Below are positions 50,248 to 59,741 of a stretch of 64,000 nucleotides of DNA, piece after piece (position 1 is the first letter of the stretch; the number at the start of each line of letters is the position of its first letter). This DNA comes from Escherichia phage vB_EcoM_JE01. The notes under the pieces are model-generated. The model worked only from the letters and a program-made list of their open reading frames with translations. It had not been told where the DNA came from and searched no databases. The stretch lies in sequence record PQ471460.1, one strand, 5' to 3'. Position numbers and translations under genes: made by a program.

Positions 50248-50542
50248 GATTGAAGTCTATGGAATTCCAGATGAAGTAGGTCGTTGTCCTGGATGTCAAT
50301 CAGTTACAAAACTTCTAAAGGAGCTCAATGCTCCTTTTACTTTCTATAAAGTTCTTACAAATAATGGTAAGATCGAGTATGATCGTCCATTGATTGTATC
50401 TCTTGCTAAACGCGCTGGATTCACATCTCTTAACATTCGTTATCCAGTCATTTTCATTAATGATTCTAGACAAAAGAACATTAAACACTTCAAAGAAACT
50501 CTCATTTCACTTGGATATGATAGAGATATCATAGAAGACTAA
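50219..50542 (+). CDS. glutaredoxin-like protein (NrdH-like); start codon uncertain
   Basis: Core IEVYGIPDEVGRCPGCQSV carries a CPGC redox motif; no in-frame ATG precedes it; candidates GTG 50219 or ATT 50249; track ORF 50090 is a TTG-extended version. Confidence 0.55.
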   Translation: MEQNSNLKNKIEVYGIPDEVGRCPGCQSVTKLLKELNAPFTFYKVLTNNGKIEYDRPLIVSLAKRAGFTSLNIRYPVIFINDSRQKNIKHFKETLISLGYDRDIIED

Positions 50543-50545
50543 GAC

Positions 50546-50568
50546 GGGCCCTCTGGGCCTTTCTTTCT
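50546..50568 (+). terminator. intrinsic terminator (GGGCCC-TCT-GGGCC + T-rich tract)
   Basis: GC hairpin 50546-50559 followed by TTTCTTTCT. Confidence 0.6.
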
Positions 50569-50639
50569 CACATTCTGTATATTACCATTCTAACTATCAT
50601 TCGCTTCTTATCATTCCCTAAAATAATTTTCACAAAGTT

Positions 50640-50670
50640 GTTTACAAGAAGTTCAAACTGTGGTATTATT
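50640..50670 (+). promoter_or_regulatory. T4-type early promoter
   Basis: GTTTAC 50640-50645; TGTGGTATTAT 50660-50670. Confidence 0.6.
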
Positions 50671-50867
50671 AACATATGAATTGCCTTTGAGGATTTGATA
50701 TGGTTGATAAAGAGATTAAAAGGATCAGTATTATCGTGTTAACGGACATATTGTTATTGTTACAGCAGTAGATGATCTAGATGTTCATTATACTGTACTT
50801 AAATGGAACAAACAGATGATTTGTGACCGTGCTGTATTTAGTTCAGTTGCTAAGGAAATTAAACTCC

Positions 50868-51161
50868 ATGGGTAAAACGTATCGTCGTAAAGACTTGAAA
50901 GTTCGTGATTATGACTATTTCGGAAAGCGTAAAGCTCCTGATGGTGTAAGTCATAAAGATATGGTTGAAAACATTTTTCGCTCAGATAAATGGCGTAGAA
51001 TGAAAGGCATTGATTCAGAAGTTAAAGATGAGCTAAATCGTCAATTACGTAATGAAGTAAGAAAGTTGAAAAAATCAGTTTACATTGATGATGATTTTGA
51101 TTATAATACTTCTCAACGAGTTGCTAAACGTAAATCAAACGAGTGCTATCGTTACAGCTGA
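50868..51161 (+). CDS. hypothetical basic protein
   Basis: Track start 50823 is GTG; first ATG 50868; K/R-rich. Confidence 0.45.
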   Translation: MGKTYRRKDLKVRDYDYFGKRKAPDGVSHKDMVENIFRSDKWRRMKGIDSEVKDELNRQLRNEVRKLKKSVYIDDDFDYNTSQRVAKRKSNECYRYS

Positions 51162-51168
51162 GGAAAAT

Positions 51169-51369
51169 ATGAATCCTGAATCTAAATTATCGCAACGAAT
51201 TGCCGAAGCTCGTCGTCAGTTCTTTGAAAATATGATAGCCCAGGGTATTGATGACGAAGTTTTTCTAAACTGGTTTTGGAATCACAAATATTCAAGCTGT
51301 TCAGGGGCAATATTAATATCAGCCGCAATGATGTACGAAGGCTGGAAGGGTGCCAAACAGTTTAGCTAA
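51169..51369 (+). CDS. hypothetical protein
   Basis: ATG 51169 after GAGGAAAA SD (track start 51085 is an extension). Confidence 0.45.
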   Translation: MNPESKLSQRIAEARRQFFENMIAQGIDDEVFLNWFWNHKYSSCSGAILISAAMMYEGWKGAKQFS

Positions 51370-51386
51370 GGGCTTCGGCCCTTTTT
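51368..51386 (+). terminator. intrinsic terminator (AAGGGC-TTCG-GCCCTT + T4)
   Basis: C(UUCG)G hairpin followed by TTTTT. Confidence 0.7.
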
Positions 51387-51421
51387 GGATAATAAAATTT
51401 TAACGCAATTGAGGATAATGT

Positions 51422-51748
51422 ATGACTATTCAAATTAAAAACGCCATCAATTCTTACGCATATGATAAAGTAGTTTCTTTGCTAGAAAAAGGCGATATTG
51501 TAACTCCTCAAATTTTGGATAAATGGGAAAAAGAGCTTCATCAGACGATGAAACAGAATGATCAGAAGATTGGACGCAATACTGTCCGTGAATTGTTGGT
51601 TCAATATATCTTGTCAGAATTTGATGTTAAAGCTTTTGGTGTAGAATCTAAAGCTTATCAAAAACATGAAATTTCTGATAAAACTATTCGTCGTATGAAA
51701 AATCAACGCAAGAAAAAATTTGCTGACCTGAAAATTGCTAAGGTATGA
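51422..51748 (+). CDS. hypothetical protein
   Basis: 108 aa; SD GAGGA. Confidence 0.5.
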   Translation: MTIQIKNAINSYAYDKVVSLLEKGDIVTPQILDKWEKELHQTMKQNDQKIGRNTVRELLVQYILSEFDVKAFGVESKAYQKHEISDKTIRRMKNQRKKKFADLKIAKV

Positions 51749-51966
51749 ATATGAACGAAGCTCTTATTAACGATTTGCGTCTTGCCGGATATGAAGTAAA
51801 TACAAACGGCATTGGTTTAACTCAAATTGAAGGAAATGGATTCATCCTTGAGTATGAATTTAGCCAATGGTGGTTATACGCTAATTACGGCGAATTGATT
51901 GAATATGTTGATCAGTTTGATTCACTAGATGCAGCTCTTGAAGCGGCTAAGTTGATGAATGCATGA
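51745..51966 (+). CDS. hypothetical protein
   Basis: 73 aa; ATGA coupling. Confidence 0.5.
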   Translation: MNMNEALINDLRLAGYEVNTNGIGLTQIEGNGFILEYEFSQWWLYANYGELIEYVDQFDSLDAALEAAKLMNA

Positions 51967-52232
51967 AATTTATTAATATTTCTATTACTATTGAAAATTA
52001 TGGAATTTTCTATGTTGATCAATATATGAAAATTTCATTTTTCCCAAATAAGACTGGTGTTGGATATTGGGAAAGCCATGTTTCTGAATTAAATGAAAGT
52101 GAATATGTTAGCACACATGAAAAGTTTTTAGACTTTTTATATCGTGCTGATTTAACTAGTCATTACATAGATATTCATGAATTTAAAAAGATGATGGAGA
52201 AAGTGTTCCAAGCATACTGTTTACTTAGATAA
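51963..52232 (+). CDS. hypothetical protein
   Basis: 89 aa; ATGA coupling. Confidence 0.5.
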   Translation: MKFINISITIENYGIFYVDQYMKISFFPNKTGVGYWESHVSELNESEYVSTHEKFLDFLYRADLTSHYIDIHEFKKMMEKVFQAYCLLR

Positions 52233-52310
52233 CTGGTATCCTCTATGCTTTAAGATAGATCTTCAAATATTATGATATAATAGATCTATGAATTGAGCTA
52301 AGAGGTGAAA

Positions 52311-52868
52311 ATGTCAGAAACTAAGCCTAAATATAATTACGTAAACAATAAAGAGCTTTTACAAGCTATTATTGATTGGAAAACAGAATTAGCAAATAAT
52401 AAAGACCCAAATAAAGTAGTTCGTCAGAATGATACTATCGGATTAGCCATTATGCTTATTGCAGAAGGCTTATCTAAACGTTTCAACTTTTCAGGATACA
52501 CCCAGTCTTGGAAACAAGAAATGATTGCAGATGGTATAGAAGCTTCTATTAAAGGACTTCATAATTTTGATGAAACGAAATATAAAAACCCACATGCATA
52601 TATAACTCAAGCTTGTTTTAATGCATTCGTCCAACGTATTAAAAAAGAACGTAAGGAAGTTGCAAAGAAATATAGTTACTTCGTTCACAATGTCTATGAC
52701 AGTCGTGACGACGATATGGTTGCGTTAGTAGATGAAACTTTTATTCAAGACATCTACGATAAAATGACGCATTACGAAGAATCAACCTATAGAACACCAG
52801 GGGCTGAAAAGAAAAGTGTTGTAGACGATTCTCCTAGTTTGGATTTTTTATATGAGGCTAACGATTAA
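52311..52868 (+). CDS. 55: late-transcription sigma factor gp55
   Basis: ATG 52311 after AGAGGTG SD; [37 protein letters not shown]... matches T4 gp55. Confidence 0.95.
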
Positions 52869-53070
52869 CCTCTCCGGATTCTTGGAAGAAATACCTGAAG
52901 TTGAAGCTATTCCCTATTTACTTAAAATGTATCTCAGGGAAGTTTTAGCTCTTGACATTGATATTGATCCAGAAAATCCGTATGATACCGCTTTTAAATC
53001 TAATGGTGTAGAATTAAACTATCGGTATCATTTAACAGATGATGATTTTTATTTTATATTAGAGAAATAA
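52852..53070 (+). CDS. hypothetical protein
   Basis: 72 aa; overlaps 3' end of gene 55. Confidence 0.45.
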
Positions 53071-53071
53071 T

Positions 53072-53389
53072 ATGACTGATAAACCCGAAATTAATGATGA
53101 AGTGGAAAAGCTTATTTCTTCTATTGAAGAAAAGAACCGTCTTGAAGCAGAAAGAAAAGCAAATAAGTTATTGTCTAAAAATAAACGCGAACTGAACCGT
53201 CTTTATAAGCACGCTCAGATTGCAGCTGAAAACAATAATTTTGCTCAATACGAATACGCTATCAAGAAAAGTCGGGATATTCTAAAACAGCCATATAACG
53301 ATGAACTCATTAGTATTCTTTGGAAGACTACTAGATCGCAGATTGAGGATATGATTGATGCTTACACACGTAAAATTCAAGCGTCTTAA
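53072..53389 (+). CDS. hypothetical protein
   Basis: 105 aa. Confidence 0.5.
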   Translation: MTDKPEINDEVEKLISSIEEKNRLEAERKANKLLSKNKRELNRLYKHAQIAAENNNFAQYEYAIKKSRDILKQPYNDELISILWKTTRSQIEDMIDAYTRKIQAS

Positions 53390-53561
53390 AATTAACGCAG
53401 GATTTACTGAATCTTTGAATGGTCATCTTTGTGTGAAAATTTCTGAAAAAGAATACCATGATAGTTCAATTAAAGAAGTTAATCCTCCTATTGTAAGAGC
53501 AGACCCTAATATGAAAGTGTGGGTTGATTCTTATCAAGTCAAAAAATGGTGGCAACTGTGA
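53358..53561 (+). CDS. hypothetical protein
   Basis: Track start 53355 is TTG; ATG 53358. Confidence 0.4.
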   Translation: MLTHVKFKRLKINAGFTESLNGHLCVKISEKEYHDSSIKEVNPPIVRADPNMKVWVDSYQVKKWWQL

Positions 53562-53735
53562 AAGATGAACACCCAGACTTCTGAAATAGATTATAATAAA
53601 ATTCGTTCCTCTAAAGTAGAAATGATGAGACGCTTTAAAGAGTCTCATGATAAAGCTAAAGCAGAAGGAACTATAACATATAAGCGCATAAAATTTAGAA
53701 GCTCTAACGAGCCTTTGTATGGCGTATTATGCGGA

Positions 53736-53754
53736 TAGGAGCTTCGGCTCCTAT
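53736..53754 (+). other. C(UUCG)G hairpin (TAGGAGC-TTCG-GCTCCTA)
   Basis: 7-bp stem with UUCG loop directly upstream of the agt middle promoter. Confidence 0.6.
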
Positions 53755-53780
53755 ATTGCTTTATAAATTTTTGGTAAAAT
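53755..53780 (+). promoter_or_regulatory. MotA-dependent middle promoter candidate for agt
   Basis: MotA box ATTGCTTTA 53755-53763, 11-nt spacer, -10 TAAAAT 53775-53780. Confidence 0.55.
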
Positions 53781-53804
53781 AAACCAAAACAATGAGGATA
53801 TTAA

Positions 53805-55007
53805 ATGAAAGTATGTATTTTTATGGCTCGAGGTCTTGAAGGTTGCGGTGTAACTAAATTTTCTCTTGAGCAGCGTGATTGGTTTATTAAAAATGGTCAT
53901 GAAGTAACTTTGGTTTATGCTAAAGATAAATCATTTACTCGTAATTGCGCGCATGATTATAAATCATTTTCAATTCCGGTTTTATTGGCAAAAGAATACG
54001 ATAAAACGCTTAAGCTGGTAAATGATTGTGATATTCTAGTTATCAATTCAGTTCCTGCTACTTCAGTCGAAGAAGACACAATTAATAACTATAAAAAAAT
54101 TATTGATAACATTAAACCTTCGGTTCGTGTTGTAGTTTATCAGCATGACCATTCTTCTCTTTCTTTGCGTCGAAATTTGGGATTAGAAGAAACTGTTCGT
54201 CGAGCTGATGTTATTTTTAGCCATTCTGATAATGGTGACTTTAATAAAGTTTTGATGAAAGAATGGTATCCGGAAACTGTTTCTCTGTTTGATGATATTG
54301 AAGAAGCACCGACCGTATATAACTTTCAGCCTCCTATGGATATTGCGAAGGTTCGATCAACCTACTGGAAAGATGTTTCTGAAATTAACATGAATATCAA
54401 TCGTTGGATTGGTCGTACTACTACATGGAAAGGTTTTTATCAGATGTTTGATTTTCACGAAAAACATCTTAAACCTGCAGGACTAAGTACTATTATGGAA
54501 GGTCTGGAACGTTCTCCAGCGTTCATTCCTATTAAAGAAAAAGGAATTCCATACGAGTATTATCGTCTTCATCAAGTAGACCAAATTAAAATTGCTCCTA
54601 ATTTGCCGACACAAATTCTCGACCGTTATGTAAATAGCGAAATGCTTGAACGCATGAGTAAATCCGGATTTGGTTATCAGCTGAGTAAATTAGATAAAAA
54701 ATATCTACAACGTTCTTTAGAATATACTCATCTCGAGCTTGGTGCATGTGGAACAATTCCGGTATTTTGGAAATCTACGGGCGAAAATTTAAAATTCCGT
54801 GTTGATAACACTCCATTAATTTCTCATGATAGCGGTATCGTTTGGTTTGATGAAAATGACATGGAATCAACATTTGAACGTATTAAAGAACTGTCATCTG
54901 ACCGAGCTCTTTATGACCGTGAACGTGAAAAATCTTATGAATTTTTGTATCAGCATCAAGATTCAAGCTTCTGCTTTAAAGAACAGTTTGACATTATTAC
55001 AAAATAA
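53805..55007 (+). CDS. agt: DNA alpha-glucosyltransferase (hydroxymethylcytosine glucosylation)
   Basis: 400 aa; MKVCIFMARGLEGCGVTKFSLEQRDWFIKNGHEVTLVYAKDKSF... matches T4 AGT. Confidence 0.9.
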   Translation: MKVCIFMARGLEGCGVTKFSLEQRDWFIKNGHEVTLVYAKDKSFTRNCAHDYKSFSIPVLLAKEYDKTLKLVNDCDILVINSVPATSVEEDTINNYKKIIDNIKPSVRVVVYQHDHSSLSLRRNLGLEETVRRADVIFSHSDNGDFNKVLMKEWYPETVSLFDDIEEAPTVYNFQPPMDIAKVRSTYWKDVSEINMNINRWIGRTTTWKGFYQMFDFHEKHLKPAGLSTIMEGLERSPAFIPIKEKGIPYEYYRLHQVDQIKIAPNLPTQILDRYVNSEMLERMSKSGFGYQLSKLDKKYLQRSLEYTHLELGACGTIPVFWKSTGENLKFRVDNTPLISHDSGIVWFDENDMESTFERIKELSSDRALYDREREKSYEFLYQHQDSSFCFKEQFDIITK

Positions 55008-55022
55008 AGGGCTTCGGCCCTT
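55007..55022 (+). other. C(UUCG)G hairpin (AAGGGC-TTCG-GCCCTT) after agt
   Basis: Same hairpin as at 51368 and 60430; weak U-tract. Confidence 0.55.
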
Positions 55023-55046
55023 TAGCTTTATACGGAGTTTGATATA

Positions 55047-55187
55047 ATGATATTTCTTGGATATGTGATACTTTTTCTTGCATTTTATCTATTCACCAGA
55101 GCGTGTTGGATTGGGTTCTTTAGCACTCCAGATGGATTTATTTCAATAATTTTATTTTGCATTTCAATGACGGTTCTTGATATATGA
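55047..55187 (+). CDS. small hydrophobic peptide (46 aa), hypothetical; not in ORF track
   Basis: MIFLGYVILFLAFYLFTRACWIGFFSTPDGFISIILFCISMTVLDI; ATGA overlap with gene 47 start; SD ACGGAG upstream. Confidence 0.35.
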   Translation: MIFLGYVILFLAFYLFTRACWIGFFSTPDGFISIILFCISMTVLDI

Positions 55188-56203
55188 AAATTTTAAATTT
55201 AGGTGATTGGCATTTAGGCGTTAAAGCCGATGATGAGTGGATTCAATCGATCCAGTTGGATGGAATTAAGCAGGCGATAGAATATTCTAAGAAAAACGGA
55301 ATTACTACATGGATTCAATACGGTGATATTTTTGATGTGCGAAAAGCAATCACACATAAAACTATGGAGTTCGCCCGTGAAATAGTTCAAATGCTTGATG
55401 ATGTTGGTATTACCCTACATACTGTTGTAGGAAACCATGATATGCACTTTAAAAATACTTTAACTCCAAATGCTTCTACTGAGCTTTTGGCTAAATACCC
55501 TAATGTTAAAGTATATGATAAGCCTACTACAGTAGATTTTGACGGATGTTTGATTGATTTAATTCCTTGGATGTGCGAAGAAAATACTGGTGAAATTCTT
55601 GAACACATTAAAACTTCATCTGCTTCCTTTTGTGTCGGTCACTGGGAACTGAATGGATTTTATTTTTATAAAGGAATGAAATCTCACGGTCTTGAACCTG
55701 ATTTCCTTAAGACTTATAAAGAAGTGTGGTCTGGTCACTTCCATACTATCTCTGAGGCTGCTAACGTCAGATATATTGGGACACCATGGACACTAACTGC
55801 AGGTGACGAGAATGACCCTCGTGGGTTCTGGATGTTTGATACAGAAACAGAACGAATGGAATTTATTCCAAACAACACTACCTGGCATCGTCGAATTCAA
55901 TATCCATTTAAGGGAAAAATTGACTATAAAGATTTTACAAATCTATCAGTACGTGTTATAGTAACTGAGGTAGACAAAAATCTGACGAAGTTCGAATCTG
56001 AACTAGAAAAAGTTGTGCATTCATTACGAGTTGTGTCAAAGATTGATAACTCTGTCGAGTCAGATGATAGTGAAGAAGTTGAAGTTCAATCTCTTCAGAC
56101 ATTGATGGAAGAATACATTAATGCAATTCCAGACATCACTGATTCTGACCGTGAAGCACTTATTCAATATGCAAATCAGTTATATGTAGAGGCAACACAA
56201 TGA
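55184..56203 (+). CDS. 47: recombination endonuclease subunit gp47 (Mre11-like)
   Basis: 339 aa; phosphoesterase motifs DWHLG, GDIFD, GNHD, GHWE, GHFH. Confidence 0.9.
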   Translation: MKILNLGDWHLGVKADDEWIQSIQLDGIKQAIEYSKKNGITTWIQYGDIFDVRKAITHKTMEFAREIVQMLDDVGITLHTVVGNHDMHFKNTLTPNASTELLAKYPNVKVYDKPTTVDFDGCLIDLIPWMCEENTGEILEHIKTSSASFCVGHWELNGFYFYKGMKSHGLEPDFLKTYKEVWSGHFHTISEAANVRYIGTPWTLTAGDENDPRGFWMFDTETERMEFIPNNTTWHRRIQYPFKGKIDYKDFTNLSVRVIVTEVDKNLTKFESELEKVVHSLRVVSKIDNSVESDDSEEVEVQSLQTLMEEYINAIPDITDSDREALIQYANQLYVEATQ

Positions 56204-56463
56204 CTTTTGATGAATTTAAAAATGTTATGATGAGTCAGCATTTTGAATGCGAAGTAAAAGATGATATTGGGCATAAAGAAATTATTGAATATTGGTTTGA
56301 ACCACTAGAGGTTGAAGATAATTGTATTAAAAAGGTCACGGTCTGCACTGACTGGGCTGTATCTTTTAACTTCAACATTTTAGATAATGACACACCTAAA
56401 TCATTACAAGATATGGCTGTATCTTGTATTAAGGATGCATACTGTGAAGTTTTCGACATTTGA
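56200..56463 (+). CDS. hypothetical protein between 47 and 46
   Basis: 87 aa; ATGA overlap with gene 47. Confidence 0.5.
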   Translation: MTFDEFKNVMMSQHFECEVKDDIGHKEIIEYWFEPLEVEDNCIKKVTVCTDWAVSFNFNILDNDTPKSLQDMAVSCIKDAYCEVFDI

Positions 56464-56650
56464 CATTAACGATGAATTCATAGCAAATATTGATTACACT
56501 GAAGAAGATTCTAGATATGTTGGAATAATTTATATCACATCAAAAGCAGCACAAGGTGCTGTTTGCATGGCTGAATTTGATGAATACTTTTTAGATTATG
56601 ATGATATGATAGAATGGTCTAAAAGATACATTAAAAGGAATCTTTTGTGA
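56435..56650 (+). CDS. hypothetical protein (start uncertain)
   Basis: Track ORF 56387-56650 overlaps previous by 77 nt; internal ATG 56435 chosen; GTGA overlap with gene 46 start. Confidence 0.35.
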   Translation: MHTVKFSTFDINDEFIANIDYTEEDSRYVGIIYITSKAAQGAVCMAEFDEYFLDYDDMIEWSKRYIKRNLL

Positions 56651-58335
56651 AGAATTTTAAACTAAACCGAGTTAGGTATCAAAATATAATGTCAGTAGGT
56701 GGAAATCCTATTGACATTCAACTAGATAAGGTTCAAAAAACTCTTATTACTGGACGAAATGGCGGTGGTAAGTCTACTATGTTAGAAGCCATCACATTTG
56801 GGCTTTTTGGCAAGCCATTTCGTGATGTAAAGAAAGGTCAATTAATAAACAGCACAAATAAGAAAGAACTTTTAGTTGAACTGTGGATGGAATATGATGA
56901 GAAAAAGTACTATATCAAAAGAGGGCAAAAACCAAACGTTTTCGAAATCACCGTTAACGGTACACGTCTTAATGAATCTGCCAGCAGTAAAGATTTCCAA
57001 GCAGAATTTGAACAGCTTATCGGAATGTCATACGCCAGTTTCAAACAGATCGTCGTACTCGGCACGGCTGGATATACCCCTTTCATGGGCCTATCCACTC
57101 CTGCAAGAAGAAAACTCGTCGAAGACCTTCTCGAAGTAGGAACATTAGCTGAAATGGATAAGCTTAATAAAGCACTAATACGTGAATTAAATTCACAAAA
57201 CCAAGTGCTTGATGTTAAAAAAGATAGTATTATCCAACAAATTAAAATATATAATGATAACGTTGAACGCCAGAAAAAATTAACTGGTGATAACCTTACT
57301 CGTTTGCAGAATATGTATGATGATTTGGCAAAAGAAGCTAGAACGCTAAAATCGGAAATAGAAGAAGCTAATGAAAGATTAGTTAATATTGTTTTGGATG
57401 AAGACCCGACTGATGCATTTAATAAAATCGGTCAAGAAGCATTTTTAATTAAATCAAAAATTGACTCGTATAATAAAGTCATTAATATGTATCACGAAGG
57501 TGGATTATGTCCAACCTGTTTGTCACAATTAAGTTCCGGTGATAAAGTTGTTTCTAAAATTAAAGATAAAGTTTCTGAATGCACGCATTCGTTTGAACAG
57601 CTTTCAACACATCGTGATAATTTAAAAGTTCTTGTCGATGAATACCGAGATAATATTAAAACCCAACAGTCATTGGCAAATGATATTCGCAATAAAAAGC
57701 AATCTCTAATCACGACGGTAGATAAAGCTAAAAAAGTTAAAGCGGCTATAGAAAAAGCATCATCTGAGTTTATTGACCATGCTGATGAAATAGCACTGCT
57801 TCAAGAAGAACTTGATAAAATTGTTAAGACAAAAACTAATTTAGTAATGGAAAAATACCACAGAGGAATTTTGACTGACATGCTCAAAGATTCTGGTATT
57901 AAAGGTGCTATTATTAAAAAGTACATTCCATTATTTAATAAGCAGATTAACCATTATCTTAAAATAATGGAAGCGGATTATGTGTTTACATTAGATGAAG
58001 AATTTAATGAGACAATTAAATCCCGTGGTCGTGAAGATTTTAGTTATGCTTCATTTAGTCAAGGTGAAAAAGCACGAATTGATATTGCTCTTTTATTTAC
58101 TTGGCGTGATATTGCTGAAAAAGTTTCAGGTGTTAAAATAAGCTGTTTATTTCTTGATGAAGTATATGACGGTGCATTTGATGCTGAAGGTATTAAAAAT
58201 GTAGCTAAAATTTTAGATGGTTTGAAGGATACCAACTTCTTCATAATTTCGCATAAAGACCATGACCCACAAGAATATGGTCAGCATATTCAGATGGAAA
58301 AAGTTGGTAGATTTAGTTTAGCTAAGATTAGCTAG
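56647..58335 (+). CDS. 46: recombination endonuclease subunit gp46 (Rad50-like ATPase)
   Basis: 562 aa; GTG start after AAGGA SD; Walker A GRNGGGKST, zinc hook CPTC, signature SFSQGEKARID, Walker B LFLDEV. Confidence 0.9.
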   Translation: MKNFKLNRVRYQNIMSVGGNPIDIQLDKVQKTLITGRNGGGKSTMLEAITFGLFGKPFRDVKKGQLINSTNKKELLVELWMEYDEKKYYIKRGQKPNVFEITVNGTRLNESASSKDFQAEFEQLIGMSYASFKQIVVLGTAGYTPFMGLSTPARRKLVEDLLEVGTLAEMDKLNKALIRELNSQNQVLDVKKDSIIQQIKIYNDNVERQKKLTGDNLTRLQNMYDDLAKEARTLKSEIEEANERLVNIVLDEDPTDAFNKIGQEAFLIKSKIDSYNKVINMYHEGGLCPTCLSQLSSGDKVVSKIKDKVSECTHSFEQLSTHRDNLKVLVDEYRDNIKTQQSLANDIRNKKQSLITTVDKAKKVKAAIEKASSEFIDHADEIALLQEELDKIVKTKTNLVMEKYHRGILTDMLKDSGIKGAIIKKYIPLFNKQINHYLKIMEADYVFTLDEEFNETIKSRGREDFSYASFSQGEKARIDIALLFTWRDIAEKVSGVKISCLFLDEVYDGAFDAEGIKNVAKILDGLKDTNFFIISHKDHDPQEYGQHIQMEKVGRFSLAKIS

Positions 58336-59044
58336 GTTTATATTTACAGTTATCATTATGCCATCTTGATAAATTTCCGAAAGTGGTAACTTTACCACAA
58401 TGGACGCAAGTACCAGTCTTTTCAGTTTTCTTGCGTCCATTTGGATTTTTCTTGCAGAAATTTCTATGCGCTGCGATAACGCATTTCTTGCCTATCATTC
58501 CACAGAATTCGCAGGATGTTTCTTCAAGAACGATTGCTTTAAGCCCGTTTGAGATATTATTTCTGTGTTCTTTAGACATTGGTGGTCTAACTTTAGGATT
58601 AGGGTGATTTGGACAGTTATCAAAATGCCAACGATTCATATTCCCGCTTAATCCAGACTTACCGCAATGAGGACAAGTTAGTCTTGCTTTATTAGCTACT
58701 GCATCAGACATTTTCTTTCGTGTCTCCTGGGAGAATTCTTTGTTCTTTTCTATTTCCCAGAGTTTACGACGAATCCAACCGAAAGTTTTATTGTTGCGTT
58801 TAGCGTATTTCGTGGAAACTGTCATCATGTTAGCAGCATAGACTAATTTTGGTTCAGAAGGATAAATTTTTACTAAAAGTTGATGAGCTACATAGTGCTC
58901 TTCTGGCGTTAAATCTACTAAGTTTGAAGCATCATCACTACCGTTTAAACAGCGTGGTATAATGTGATGAGATTCAGTATAGCAATCAAGTTTTCGAGAT
59001 TTAGCATTAGAGATTAACTTTTCATAAATTAGTTTATAATTCAT
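58328..59044 (-). CDS. HNH homing endonuclease with three C-terminal zinc-finger repeats, antisense to flanking operon
   Basis: 238 aa; N-terminal [32 protein letters not shown] paralogous to ORF 15607-16266; C-terminal repeats CPHCGKSG...RWHFDNC, CEFCG...C, CVHCGKV...RWHNDNC. Confidence 0.8.
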   Translation of the reverse strand: MNYKLIYEKLISNAKSRKLDCYTESHHIIPRCLNGSDDASNLVDLTPEEHYVAHQLLVKIYPSEPKLVYAANMMTVSTKYAKRNNKTFGWIRRKLWEIEKNKEFSQETRKKMSDAVANKARLTCPHCGKSGLSGNMNRWHFDNCPNHPNPKVRPPMSKEHRNNISNGLKAIVLEETSCEFCGMIGKKCVIAAHRNFCKKNPNGRKKTEKTGTCVHCGKVTTFGNLSRWHNDNCKYKPS

Positions 59045-59077
59045 AACATATCCTTTTGATACAGCGAGTGATAAACA

Positions 59078-59085
59078 TATTTATA
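59078..59085 (-). promoter_or_regulatory. late promoter TATAAATA (minus strand) driving the HNH endonuclease
   Basis: Minus-strand reads CGTATAAATATG...AAGGATATGTT-ATG; TATAAATA then SD AAGGA 7 nt before start. Confidence 0.6.
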
Positions 59086-59095
59086 CGGAGGAACT

Positions 59096-59287
59096 GTGGC
59101 AGAATATTCAACTGGACAGCATCTATTAACTATTCCTGAAATAAAACGATATATTCTGAGAAATAATTTTTCTAATGAAGAGCATATAGTTACTGAATCT
59201 ATGCTTAAGAATGCATTTAAATCAGAATATACGAAAATAATGTCCAACAGAAATGAAGCTTGGACTGTTACTGATTATTATGACTAA
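59096..59287 (+). CDS. 45.2: hypothetical protein 45.2
   Basis: 63 aa; GTG start after GGAGG SD; position between 46 and rpbA. Confidence 0.6.
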   Translation: MAEYSTGQHLLTIPEIKRYILRNNFSNEEHIVTESMLKNAFKSEYTKIMSNRNEAWTVTDYYD

Positions 59288-59296
59288 AGGTGTATT

Positions 59297-59686
59297 ATGA
59301 CTAAAATTACTGTGAATTATACTGTTGATGTAAAAGATATTCAGCCAAAACACGTGCGTTCTGAATCAAATCCACAAAACCAAAATAAAATTCGTCGAGC
59401 ATGGGTTTTGTCTCTTTCTGATAACGCAATGGAAGTTATTCAGAACAAAATTAAATCTGCACCTGCTCGTCATGCGTATTATGAAGCCATCGATCGTGAA
59501 GTGAGTGATAAATGGATTGAACTGATGCGCAAACATACAGCAGAATCTCTAAATGCTGGTGCCAAATTTATTATGACTTCATGTGGTGAGCGCCTTGAAG
59601 ATGATTATTGCGGTAATGCAGATGAACGTCTAATTGTTGCTGCTCAAATTGTTGCTGAAACAATTGCTGCTGATTTTAATCGTTAA
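59297..59686 (+). CDS. rpbA: RNA polymerase binding protein RpbA
   Basis: 129 aa; position immediately upstream of gene 45 and T4 RpbA length. Confidence 0.7.
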   Translation: MTKITVNYTVDVKDIQPKHVRSESNPQNQNKIRRAWVLSLSDNAMEVIQNKIKSAPARHAYYEAIDREVSDKWIELMRKHTAESLNAGAKFIMTSCGERLEDDYCGNADERLIVAAQIVAETIAADFNR

Positions 59687-59712
59687 TTGCTTTATTAAAT
59701 TAGTTATAAAAT
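59686..59712 (+). promoter_or_regulatory. MotA-dependent middle promoter for gene 45
   Basis: Consensus MotA box ATTGCTTTA 59686-59694, 12-nt spacer, -10 TAAAAT 59707-59712. Confidence 0.65.
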
Positions 59713-59741
59713 TAAATCTCATTTGAATTGAAGGAAATTAC

